DNA of 64,000 nt. Origin: an uncultured bacterium. Its GTDB lineage: Bacteria; Fidelibacterota; Marinisomatia; Marinisomatales; AB-629-J13. Location: contig CAYSQB010000001.1 of the NCBI GenBank assembly GCA_964433085.1, positions 16,845 to 80,844 on the forward strand, written 5' to 3'. A program made the position numbers and the translations under genes. The notes beneath the pieces were generated by a model. It was not told the DNA's origin. It made no database searches and was given only the letters and a program-made list of their open reading frames with translations. Shown in pieces: positions 27,916-37,772 of the stretch; position 1 is the stretch's first letter; each line of letters begins with the position of its first letter.

Positions 27916-28779
27916 ATGAAATTTCGATTAAATATTCGGAAAACACGAAAACTATTTATAAATGGAGCATTTCCTAGGTCAGAATCGGAAAGATATATCA
28001 AGTGGACGTCATCTGATGGTAAAGAAACCATAAATATCTCCCGTGCATCTAGAAAAGATTTCCGAAATTCTGTAAGAGCAGCAAGAAAAGCTGTGGATAG
28101 TTGGAAAAATAAAACTGCATATAATCGAGGGCAGATACTCTACCGTATGGGAGAAATGCTAGAAGGTAGAAAAAAACAGCTGACTCAGGAACTTTGTTTG
28201 GAAGGAGCACAAAAAAAACAGGCTGAATTTGAAGTTAATTCAGCAATTGATTTATTTATTTACTATGCCGGGTGGGCAGATAAGTATCAGCAGGTATTTA
28301 GTAGGGTGAATCCTGTGGCACAACCCTATTTTTCTTTTACAATAGCTGAGCCTACAGGGGTTGTTAGTGTTCTATGCCCAGATAATTATCCACTTAAAAA
28401 TGCTGTTTCTATTCTCTGCTCAGCGATTGTCTCTGGGAATACAACTGTTGTACTTTATTCAGAATCAAGTCCGCTTACGGCAATGACGTTAGCCGAAATT
28501 GTTCACACTTCGGATGTCCCGAATGGGGTTATTAATATTTTGACCGGTTATCGTAAAGAATTACTGACACAATTCGCGTCACATATGGATGTGAATGCCA
28601 TCATTTATTGTGGTGAGAAACTGGAAGAGCTTAAAGAGGTTCAGGAACTTTCATCCTTAAATTTAAAGCGTTGTATCATTTTGGATGATGAAAAATTAGA
28701 TTGCTCTTTTCAAGAAGGGCCATATACTATCCTTCGTACGATAGAGATGAAGACCACTTGGCACCCCGTGGGAGTCTGA
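27916..28779 (+). CDS. ALDH-like protein lacking the catalytic domain (non-catalytic paralog)
   Basis: The N-terminal ~230 aa parallels the ALDH NAD-binding domain (FINGAF, YYAGWADK, EPTGVV). There is no ELGGK Glu or catalytic Cys motif. The ALDH-like C-terminal strand is retained; 287 aa. Confidence 0.7.
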   Translation: MKFRLNIRKTRKLFINGAFPRSESERYIKWTSSDGKETINISRASRKDFRNSVRAARKAVDSWKNKTAYNRGQILYRMGEMLEGRKKQLTQELCLEGAQKKQAEFEVNSAIDLFIYYAGWADKYQQVFSRVNPVAQPYFSFTIAEPTGVVSVLCPDNYPLKNAVSILCSAIVSGNTTVVLYSESSPLTAMTLAEIVHTSDVPNGVINILTGYRKELLTQFASHMDVNAIIYCGEKLEELKEVQELSSLNLKRCIILDDEKLDCSFQEGPYTILRTIEMKTTWHPVGV

Positions 28780-28787
28780 CCTAACTC

Positions 28788-30176
28788 ATGGTGAAGAAGG
28801 GGGAGACATTAAACCTCAAGATTGGTTCGCTAGCCTATGGAGGCAGAGGGGTAGCACGCCATGATAATTGTGTTATTTTTGTTGATAAAGCGTTACCCGA
28901 TCAGGAGGTCAGCGCATTTATTTACAAAAAACGCAGTGGATATGGAGAAGCAAAAATCCTTGATATTCTGAAGGAATCTAATAAAAGAACGGACCCTATG
29001 TGTGAACATTTTTTGCACTGTGGAGGATGCGCTCATCAGAATTTGGATTATACCGAACAAATAGAACAAAAGAAAAAACAGGTTGAAGATATTTTTTCTC
29101 GTCAGGCAGGAATAAAGGATTTCCAGGTTTCAGCTATTATCCCTGCAGAAGATATTTATCATTACCGTAATAAGATGGAGTTCACATTCTCTAGCCAGAG
29201 GTGGATATTGTCGGATGAAAAGAAAGGGGTCGAATCAGATTTTGCTCTGGGCCTCCATGTACCACGGAGATGGGATAAAATCTTGAATATTAACGATTGT
29301 CATTTACAACAAATAGTCGGCAATGAAATTATTAATTTTGTTAGGATGGAATCAAAAAGGCTTGGGCTAAAGCCTTATAATCAAAAAACACATAATGGAT
29401 TTCTCAGGCATCTCGTACTTCGATTTGGAATTAATACTGGGGATATTATGGTTAACTTTGTCACATCTTATGAAAAGACTGAGTTGTTGGTGCCACTTGT
29501 TGACAGTCTTGTATATCGACACCCTGAGATAACATCTATATTGAACAATGTAAATCGCAAAAAAGCTGATACAGCTTATGGTGAATGGGAGAATAGTCTT
29601 CATGGCACTTCATATATTGAAGAAAACATTAATGATTTAACATTTGAGATTTCTTCCAATTCATTTTTTCAGACTAATACACGACAGGCAGAAAAATTAT
29701 ATGCCGAGATTCTAAAAGCGGCAAAACTCACTGGGGGGGAAATTGTATTTGATTTGTACTGTGGCACAGGAACAATAGCACTTTATTTAGCACGACAGGC
29801 AAAGGAAGTTATTGGGTTTGAAGTAGTTGAAGTGGCAGTGGAAGATGCTATAAGAAATTCTGTGAGAAATGGAATTGGGAATGTTCAGTTTATACATACT
29901 AATTTGGAGAAGTATAGCCCCGATAATTCTTTGCCAGTACCTGATGTGGTTGTTGTGGACCCTCCCAGAGCAGGGCTTCTGGGTTCTGCAGTAAAAAGTG
30001 TTTTATCTTTTGGAGCAAAAAAAATTATATATGTTTCCTGCAATCCTTCTACTCAAGCGAGGGATACTTTGGCATTTTTGCAGAGTGGATATCAATTAAA
30101 ATCTATGATTTTAATTGATATGTTTCCCCATACACCACATGTGGAGACCATTGGTGTTTTTCAACTTGGGTCTTAA
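28788..30176 (+). CDS. rlmD: 23S rRNA (uracil-5-)-methyltransferase RlmD/RumA family
   Basis: TRAM domain, CEHFLHCGGCAHQ Fe-S Cys cluster, FFQTN, DLYCGTGT and catalytic SCNPST. Confidence 0.88.
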   Translation: MVKKGETLNLKIGSLAYGGRGVARHDNCVIFVDKALPDQEVSAFIYKKRSGYGEAKILDILKESNKRTDPMCEHFLHCGGCAHQNLDYTEQIEQKKKQVEDIFSRQAGIKDFQVSAIIPAEDIYHYRNKMEFTFSSQRWILSDEKKGVESDFALGLHVPRRWDKILNINDCHLQQIVGNEIINFVRMESKRLGLKPYNQKTHNGFLRHLVLRFGINTGDIMVNFVTSYEKTELLVPLVDSLVYRHPEITSILNNVNRKKADTAYGEWENSLHGTSYIEENINDLTFEISSNSFFQTNTRQAEKLYAEILKAAKLTGGEIVFDLYCGTGTIALYLARQAKEVIGFEVVEVAVEDAIRNSVRNGIGNVQFIHTNLEKYSPDNSLPVPDVVVVDPPRAGLLGSAVKSVLSFGAKKIIYVSCNPSTQARDTLAFLQSGYQLKSMILIDMFPHTPHVETIGVFQLGS

Positions 30177-30323
30177 CTATTCTTGTTCTGTTAAAATTAT
30201 TTTAAAAATAGTTAATTTTATGCAATGTATTTAACTGTAGAAACATCGTTGTAAGCTAAATGATTCAGTTTTTCAGTTAGATTTATTTAAACATGAAAAT
30301 GATAAAGCTATAAATATTTTCTA

Positions 30324-32963
30324 ATGACAGAACTAGATAAGGTGTTTTCACCGGGAGTTGTGGAAAAGCGGTGGTATGACCACTGGCAAGAAAAGGGATA
30401 CTTTCATGCAGAACCAGATTCCGGGAAACAACCATACACGATTGTTATCCCTCCACCAAATGTTACTGGTATCCTTACTATGGGGCATGTATTAAATAAT
30501 ACGATTCAAGATGTTTTGATTAGAAAGGCACGAATGGAGGGATTTGAGGCTTGTTGGATACCCGGAACTGACCATGCATCTATTGCTACGGAATCCAAAG
30601 TGATGCAGATGCTGCAGGACAAAAATATTGAAAAAGATACTCTTTCAAGAGAAGAGTTTTTAAAATATTCATGGGATTGGAAAGAAAAGTATGGTGGAAT
30701 CATCATCCAACAGTTAAAAAAACTTGGATGTTCCTGTGACTGGGAAAGAGAAAAATTTACTATGGATGATAGATATTCCAATGCCGTGCTGGAAGCATTT
30801 GTTCGGCTTCATAAAAAAGGGCTGGTTTACCGGGGATATCGTCTTGTAAACTGGTGTCCTGCATCACAATCCGCCATTAGTGATGAGGAAGTCATTCATA
30901 GAGAAGTTCAGGGATCTCTATGGACACTCAGCTATCCTTTAAAGGATAAAAGCGGAACCATCGAAGTGGCGACAACCCGTCCTGAAACGATGCTGGGTGA
31001 TACCGCTGTGGCAGTTCATCCTAAAGATGATAGGTATAGAAAATATATAGGGCAGAAAATCGAACTCCCTTTAACCGGAAGAATCATCCCTATTGTAGGA
31101 GATGAATTTGTAGATCCAGATTTTGGAACGGGATGTGTCAAAGTAACCCCCGCACATGACCCCAATGATTTCGAAATAGGGAAACGCCATGATTTAGATT
31201 TTATAAACATCATGAACCCTGATGCATCTTTAAATGATAGTGTACCGGAACAATTTAAAGGATTAACTCGGGAAAATGCGAGAAAACAGGTTATAGAAAG
31301 ATTAAAATCCTTCAAGTTAATTTCAAATGAAAAATCCTATACTCATAGTGTGGGATTCTCAGAACGGGGAGGTATCCCCATTGAATATTATCTATCTGAA
31401 CAGTGGTATTTAAAGATGGAGGCATTGGCAGAACCAGCCATAAAGGCGATTAAGGATGGGGATATTAAATTTCATCCTCCTCACTGGGTAAAAACATATG
31501 ATCATTGGATGGAAAATATAAAGGACTGGTGCATAAGTAGACAATTATGGTGGGGACATCAAATTCCTGTTTGGTATAAAAAAGGAGAAGATTCTTCTTT
31601 AAAAGAAAATATTCATGTATCTGTGGTCGGGCCAAAAGACCCTGAAAACTGGAGACAAGATAAGGACGTTTTGGACACCTGGGCAAGTTCTTGGATATGG
31701 CCTTTTGGGGTGCATGATTGGCCAGAGAGTTCAGAGGATTTAGACTCTTTTTATCCTACAAACACCTTGGTAACTGGCCCAGACATTATTTTCTTTTGGG
31801 TGGCACGGATGATCATGGCAGGATGTGAATTTATGGAGGACCTTCCATTTAAAGATGTGTATTTCACAAGTATATTGAGAGATGACAAAGGAAGGAAACT
31901 GAGTAAATCACTGGGAAACTCTCCTGATCCTCTGGACTTGATTGAACAATATGGTGCTGATGCAGTTCGTTTCAGTATATTGTTAATCTCGCCACAGGGA
32001 GTAGATGTTTTATTTTCTCCTGACCGAATGGAACTTGGGAGAAATTTTATGAATAAACTTTGGAACGCGGCACGTTTTGTAATAATAAATACGCCCTCCC
32101 CGGAATTATTACCTGAAATTGATGAAGTAAGATCTGAGTTTAAATTACCTGAAAAATGGATTATTAGCAGATTGAATAATACAATAAGGGAAGTAAACAG
32201 GCGATTGAACAAATTTCAATTTAATGAGGCAGTAAAAGTTATTTATGATTTTACTTGGAGTGATTACTGTGATTGGATGATTGAAATATCAAAGATTTCG
32301 TTCTATGGTGAAGATAAAAAACGAAAAAAATACCTTCAGGTGGTTGCAGTTTCTGTTTTAAAACAAGTGTTGTGTTTGTTACATCCGTTTGTTCCGTTTA
32401 TTACGGAAGAGCTCTGGCATCAATTTTGCAATGAAAATGAGGGAGACATTATTCTTTCGAAATGGCCTGATTATAATAAAAGCGAAGTAGATGAAGAAGC
32501 AGAACAGATGATGGATATTCTTAAGGAAATTATTACCTCTGTACGATCAGTTCGTAATAGGATGGGTGTTCCACCTTCAAAAAAAGCAAACCTTATCATC
32601 CGAACTGAAAATATAGAGCTCTTTGAAAATTATCAGCAGATAATTCAAACGTTGGGAAGTATTGATATCATTACTATGGGTTTAAATCTTGAGAAACCGC
32701 CCCATTCTGCTACGATCGTTGTGAGAGGTATGGAAATTTTTATTCCACTGGAGGGATTAATTAATTTTGACCTTGAAAGAACACGATTAAAAAGGAGGAA
32801 AGAGGAATTGACCGGACATTATAAGTCAGCATTAAAGACTATAAATAGCAAATCATTTTTAGAAAAAGCTCCAGTGTCTGTGGTGGAGAATAAAAAGAAA
32901 AAGCTAAATGAAATGAATATAGAATTAGAGAAACTCATATCAAATTTGGAGATGCTAAATTGA
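30324..32963 (+). CDS. valS: valyl-tRNA synthetase
   Basis: PPPNVTGILTMGH, KLSKSLGN and a C-terminal coiled coil; 879 aa. Confidence 0.97.
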   Translation: MTELDKVFSPGVVEKRWYDHWQEKGYFHAEPDSGKQPYTIVIPPPNVTGILTMGHVLNNTIQDVLIRKARMEGFEACWIPGTDHASIATESKVMQMLQDKNIEKDTLSREEFLKYSWDWKEKYGGIIIQQLKKLGCSCDWEREKFTMDDRYSNAVLEAFVRLHKKGLVYRGYRLVNWCPASQSAISDEEVIHREVQGSLWTLSYPLKDKSGTIEVATTRPETMLGDTAVAVHPKDDRYRKYIGQKIELPLTGRIIPIVGDEFVDPDFGTGCVKVTPAHDPNDFEIGKRHDLDFINIMNPDASLNDSVPEQFKGLTRENARKQVIERLKSFKLISNEKSYTHSVGFSERGGIPIEYYLSEQWYLKMEALAEPAIKAIKDGDIKFHPPHWVKTYDHWMENIKDWCISRQLWWGHQIPVWYKKGEDSSLKENIHVSVVGPKDPENWRQDKDVLDTWASSWIWPFGVHDWPESSEDLDSFYPTNTLVTGPDIIFFWVARMIMAGCEFMEDLPFKDVYFTSILRDDKGRKLSKSLGNSPDPLDLIEQYGADAVRFSILLISPQGVDVLFSPDRMELGRNFMNKLWNAARFVIINTPSPELLPEIDEVRSEFKLPEKWIISRLNNTIREVNRRLNKFQFNEAVKVIYDFTWSDYCDWMIEISKISFYGEDKKRKKYLQVVAVSVLKQVLCLLHPFVPFITEELWHQFCNENEGDIILSKWPDYNKSEVDEEAEQMMDILKEIITSVRSVRNRMGVPPSKKANLIIRTENIELFENYQQIIQTLGSIDIITMGLNLEKPPHSATIVVRGMEIFIPLEGLINFDLERTRLKRRKEELTGHYKSALKTINSKSFLEKAPVSVVENKKKKLNEMNIELEKLISNLEMLN

Positions 32964-34315
32964 AAAATATATTTTTGTTATTGTTAACAATGTGCCTGCT
33001 TAATGGACAAAGTATGAATGCCAATTTGACTTTGTATAAAAATGGATATACAATAGTAAAACAACCTGCTTTTTGGAATGTTGAAAAGGGGAAAACACAA
33101 ATAACTTATTCTTTAATTCCTAACCAATTATTTCCGGAAACACCGTTTTTATCTATAACAGATGGTGCAGAAATAACATCTCAGAGGCTGAACAGAAACA
33201 TTTTTTCAAGTGATTCTTATTTCAGATCTAAGCTTGGAAACATGGTAGAAGCTTTTCCAAAAGATGCAAAATCAGTGTATGGGCAATTAATAGAGTTCAA
33301 TGGGAAATCGATTACTATCCAGAGTAAATCTTGGGTGAAAATGATCCCACGAGATGAATTAACATTGCTTGCAATTAAAGAAAAGATAGAAGATGTTCAG
33401 TTTAGACCTAAATTAGAGTGGGGTATTACAGTCACCCAATCTGGACACATAAATGGTACTATTTTATACATGACCGGAGGGATTGAATGGAAGTCAGTTT
33501 ACCGCCTCATTACAGGTCAAAATGAAGAGTCTGCTGAGCTAGTTTCTGAAGCACTTATTTTCAATAACACTGATTTGAATTTTGAGGAGTCCCAATTGAA
33601 ACTAATTGAAGGGGATTTACATAAAGCATCATCACATCGTCCTATTGGGCTTGGTCCCCAAATGATCCAGTCCATGAGAAAACAGGGTGAATCTTTGACA
33701 CAACAGAAAACGGAAGAAGCTCCATTGGGGGATTATTATGTTTACTCCATAGAAAACAATGTTTCCCTAATGCCAGGAGAGACAGTAACACTCACTCTAT
33801 ATTCTCCCAGAGATGTTTTATTCAATAAGACATATGTTTTTGAAAACCGCGAACGACAGAAAAAAGAAGAACCTTTAACAGTTGAACTGGAAATTGCAAA
33901 TACGAAGGAAAATAATTTATCCATACCCTTACCAGCAGGGAAAGTTGAAATATATCTTGAGACATCGGAAGGAAATATTGAATTTATTGGTGAAGATAAT
34001 ATTAATCAGGTTCCAAAAGGAGAAAATGCAAAACTAACGGCAGGGAAAGCCTTTGATGTAATTGGAAAACGGAAAATTGTGAATTTTGATAGACAGAGAA
34101 AAAGTGAAGAGGCTTCTATTGAAATAGAAATTCTAAATAAAAAGAATCAGTCAGCTTCGGTAAAAATAATTGAACACATAAACGGTGACTGGGTGATTAA
34201 AGATTCAAATAAACAGTGGATTAAAGAAGATGCCTCTACACTTTATTTTCCCTTAGTAATTCCCCCAGGCGGATCAGATATAATTATGTATACATATAAA
34301 AAGGAGTGGAAATAG
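32960..34315 (+). CDS. secreted hypothetical protein (DUF4139-like)
   Basis: Signal peptide, LTLYKNGYTIVKQ opening and beta-rich sequence typical of DUF4139 as I recall it. The TTG start overlaps the valS TGA. Confidence 0.5.
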   Translation: MKNIFLLLLTMCLLNGQSMNANLTLYKNGYTIVKQPAFWNVEKGKTQITYSLIPNQLFPETPFLSITDGAEITSQRLNRNIFSSDSYFRSKLGNMVEAFPKDAKSVYGQLIEFNGKSITIQSKSWVKMIPRDELTLLAIKEKIEDVQFRPKLEWGITVTQSGHINGTILYMTGGIEWKSVYRLITGQNEESAELVSEALIFNNTDLNFEESQLKLIEGDLHKASSHRPIGLGPQMIQSMRKQGESLTQQKTEEAPLGDYYVYSIENNVSLMPGETVTLTLYSPRDVLFNKTYVFENRERQKKEEPLTVELEIANTKENNLSIPLPAGKVEIYLETSEGNIEFIGEDNINQVPKGENAKLTAGKAFDVIGKRKIVNFDRQRKSEEASIEIEILNKKNQSASVKIIEHINGDWVIKDSNKQWIKEDASTLYFPLVIPPGGSDIIMYTYKKEWK

Positions 34316-34415
34316 TCATCATATGGCTTGTATTTTTTGATATAGAAACATTATTTTATAATTATCAGTTCATTTAGTAAAAAATATAATCTATAAATTC
34401 ACGGAGAAGAATTGA

Positions 34416-36497
34416 ATGAGCCTTTTAACGCTATCTTCTTCATTAAAATATATCAAGGGGCTTGGCCCTGTCCGTACGAAGGTGTTATCTGAGATGAATA
34501 TCAAAACGGTTGGAGATTTGCTATATTATTTTCCCCGCAAACATTTAGATAGAACAACCGTAACCTCTATTCTTCATTTAGAACGGGACAAATATTGTAC
34601 TATTGTCGGAGCTGTACAGAAAATTATGGTTCGAAAAATGGGCAGAAAATCACTTTTTGAAGCAGTTTTGTACGATGGGACAGGGCGACTTTCATTGGTA
34701 TGGTTTCATGCTATTCCCATTTTAACAAAAATGATAAAAGAGGGAGATAAACTAGCAGTTACAGGTAAGGTTGGTTTTTACAAAGGGTTTCAGATTACTC
34801 ATCCAGAATGGGATAAGCTTGGCAAAGATGAAGATCCAGTAAATACACAGGCAATCATTCCACTCTATCCCCTTACTCAAGAGTTGAGGGAGTCTGGGTT
34901 AGAACACAGACGCCTGAGAAAGGTCATTTCCAGGATGCTAGACTCTATAAGTGAAATTGAGGATCATTTCCCAGATTGGATGCTGAAAAAATATAGTTTA
35001 TTTTCTTTATCGAATTCATTAAAAGAAATTCATTTCCCATCCCGAGAAAAAGGACTCAATCGATCGGTTAACAGGTTAAAATTCGATGAACATTTTTTTC
35101 TTCAGCTTCTTATGGCACTAAGAAAAGCTTCTTTTGAAGAAACCGCATCCAAGCCATTGGGGATTAAGAGTGACAATGTGATATCTATTTATAACAATCT
35201 CGATTTTGTTCTCACATCAGCTCAGAAAAAAGTAATCAAGGAAATTTGTGATGATTTGAACAAATCAACAGCTATGAATCGTCTTTTACAGGGGGATGTG
35301 GGCTCAGGAAAAACAGTTGTAGCGGTCCTTGCCTCTGCCGTTGCAGTGGACAGTGGAGTTCAATGTGCTATCATGGCACCGACAGAAATTCTGGCCGTCC
35401 AACATTTTGATTCATTTAAAAGGTTTTCTGAGAAATCCCTTCTGTCCTGTGAGTTATTAATTGGGAAAACGCCGAAAAAAGAAAGAGCAGTCATTTTACA
35501 AAAACTGAAGGAAAATACGATTGATATCATTATTGGGACCCATGCACTGATTCAAAAGGATGTACAATTCAAATCGCTAGGATTGGTTATAGTGGACGAA
35601 CAACACCGTTTTGGTGTTGTCCAGCGGGGAAACCTTATTTCAAAGGGATATAACCCCCATTTTCTAGCCATGACTGCTACACCTATTCCTAGAACTCTCA
35701 CAATTACATATCATGGTGATATGGAATGCTCTATTTTAGATGAAATGCCAAGAAACCGAAAGCCTGTAAAAACCCGAGTGATACAACCAAAAAAACTAGA
35801 AAAAGTATATCAATATATGAAATCTGAGATGGACGAAGGAAAACAATGCATGATTGTCTATCCTTTGATAGAGGAGACGGAAAAATCTGATTTAAAAGCT
35901 GCAGAAAAAGCTTTCACAGATTTGTCTTTGGGGGATTTTTCAGATTTTTCCATAGGGCTTTTGCATGGGCGAATGAAAAAAGATGAGAAAAATGACATAA
36001 TGGTAAAGTTTTTTAAAAATGAGATTAATCTATTGATCTCTACAACAGTTATTGAAGTAGGAATAGACGTCCCAAATGCTACGGTTATGGTGGTTGAACA
36101 CGCTGATCGTTTTGGATTAACTCAGCTCCATCAGTTAAGAGGGCGTGTAGGTAGAGGGACTGAAAAGAGTGTTTGTGTATTGGTTCAAAGAAAGTTTACA
36201 GAGCTAGGTTTAAAGCGTTTGCAGATTATGGAGGAAACCAATGACGGGTTTAAAATTGCAGATGAAGATTTACTAATGCGGGGTCCGGGCGCATTTTTTT
36301 CATCAAAACAAAGTGGGTTTTTAAAATATAGAATAGCAGACCTGGTTCGAGATAAGGCCATTATCAGAGAGGCAAGAAAGGCCGCTTTTGATCTTATTGG
36401 AAAAGACCCTCACTTACGAAAACCAGATCATGAAGGGGTTAGAAATAAATTCATTCAGGAGTATCGATCCTTACTTCAAGATATAAAGATTAACTGA
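34416..36497 (+). CDS. recG: ATP-dependent DNA helicase RecG
   Basis: Wedge domain, GDVGSGKT, DEQHRFGV and QLRGRVGRG. Confidence 0.95.
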   Translation: MSLLTLSSSLKYIKGLGPVRTKVLSEMNIKTVGDLLYYFPRKHLDRTTVTSILHLERDKYCTIVGAVQKIMVRKMGRKSLFEAVLYDGTGRLSLVWFHAIPILTKMIKEGDKLAVTGKVGFYKGFQITHPEWDKLGKDEDPVNTQAIIPLYPLTQELRESGLEHRRLRKVISRMLDSISEIEDHFPDWMLKKYSLFSLSNSLKEIHFPSREKGLNRSVNRLKFDEHFFLQLLMALRKASFEETASKPLGIKSDNVISIYNNLDFVLTSAQKKVIKEICDDLNKSTAMNRLLQGDVGSGKTVVAVLASAVAVDSGVQCAIMAPTEILAVQHFDSFKRFSEKSLLSCELLIGKTPKKERAVILQKLKENTIDIIIGTHALIQKDVQFKSLGLVIVDEQHRFGVVQRGNLISKGYNPHFLAMTATPIPRTLTITYHGDMECSILDEMPRNRKPVKTRVIQPKKLEKVYQYMKSEMDEGKQCMIVYPLIEETEKSDLKAAEKAFTDLSLGDFSDFSIGLLHGRMKKDEKNDIMVKFFKNEINLLISTTVIEVGIDVPNATVMVVEHADRFGLTQLHQLRGRVGRGTEKSVCVLVQRKFTELGLKRLQIMEETNDGFKIADEDLLMRGPGAFFSSKQSGFLKYRIADLVRDKAIIREARKAAFDLIGKDPHLRKPDHEGVRNKFIQEYRSLLQDIKIN

Positions 36498-36518
36498 GTT
36501 ATTTTTACTTTTATATAA

Positions 36519-37769
36519 TTAATCAAAACGCAAAGATTCGATTGGATCCAGGTTCGCCGCCTTCCAGGCTGGATAAATGCCAAATCCAATTCCAATTATG
36601 GAGCAGATCGCTAATCCGATGAACGCCCAATCCACAGGAATAACTGCAGGAATATTGAATATGTAAGAAACAATATTTCCTCCAGCAACACCCAATATTA
36701 TTCCAGCTACACCTCCGAATTCACTTAAGAAAATCGCCTCTATAAGAAACTGCGTCAGTATATCTTTTTTTGTTGCACCAATTGCCTTACGAATACCGAT
36801 CTCTTTAATTCGCTCAGTGACCGAGACCAACATGATGTTCATTATCCCTATACCTGCCACAACAAGAGCGATCACACTTACAGACAAGGCAAATAGCTTA
36901 ATCCCGCTCGTGAAACCAGAAAATTGTTCTATCATTTCCGTGTTTGTTACAATTTCAAAATCATTATCCTGTTTTGGCAATACTTTTCGAATTGATCTCA
37001 GATGACCGACCACCTCATCCATTGTTTTATTGTAAAGTTCTTCGGAAGGAGATTCAACGTGAATTCTTAGACTACTCCAATTGTTTGAAAATTTTTCTAG
37101 AAAAGTAGAAATAGGTATAACAATAAAATTATCCTTACTAGCCCCAAACGCTTCTCCCTGCCTCTCAGTAATTCCAATTACAAAATAATCAAGACCATTG
37201 ATCTTAATTTTTTTCCCCAGGGGGTCTTCAAAAGGAAATAATCGATCCACAATATCCATTCCAAGAATACAGACATTTCTAGAATAGTGAACATCATCAG
37301 GGATGAAGTTCCTTCCATCAGCAAGAAAGGTGTTATAAAATCTAATTGTGCCATCATCACCACCAGCAAGCTGAACGGAATTTTTAACTTCCTTATCCCT
37401 GTATTTTATATTTCGGACCATTGTCAAATCAGCGGCACTGACTAATAGAGGCAAGCTTGCTCTTTCCTTAAGCTTTTTATACTGATCGATCTTAATATTC
37501 TTTCTGTTCCGATATTTTCTATCTCCATGCCCACCAAACTCTATTTCAGGATACTTCTGTATAACAAAAGTATTTGCTGCAAACACATTCAGACCTGATT
37601 CAACAGAGGATTCAAGTGTACGGATAGCTGTCATGACACCAATCACAGAAAAAACCCCTATACTGATACCCAAAAGTGTAAGCGTAGACCGCAGCTTGTT
37701 TTTTTGAATAGCATCGATGGCCATCCAAAAACTCTCTTTTAACACATTTTTTAAATTTCTTGCGCCCAT
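36519..37769 (-). CDS. MacB/FtsX-type ABC efflux permease
   Basis: N-terminal TM, large periplasmic domain and a C-terminal 3-TM FtsX module with KEIGIRKAIGATK. Confidence 0.9.
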   Translation of the reverse strand: MGARNLKNVLKESFWMAIDAIQKNKLRSTLTLLGISIGVFSVIGVMTAIRTLESSVESGLNVFAANTFVIQKYPEIEFGGHGDRKYRNRKNIKIDQYKKLKERASLPLLVSAADLTMVRNIKYRDKEVKNSVQLAGGDDGTIRFYNTFLADGRNFIPDDVHYSRNVCILGMDIVDRLFPFEDPLGKKIKINGLDYFVIGITERQGEAFGASKDNFIVIPISTFLEKFSNNWSSLRIHVESPSEELYNKTMDEVVGHLRSIRKVLPKQDNDFEIVTNTEMIEQFSGFTSGIKLFALSVSVIALVVAGIGIMNIMLVSVTERIKEIGIRKAIGATKKDILTQFLIEAIFLSEFGGVAGIILGVAGGNIVSYIFNIPAVIPVDWAFIGLAICSIIGIGFGIYPAWKAANLDPIESLRFD

Positions 37770-37772
37770 TTT

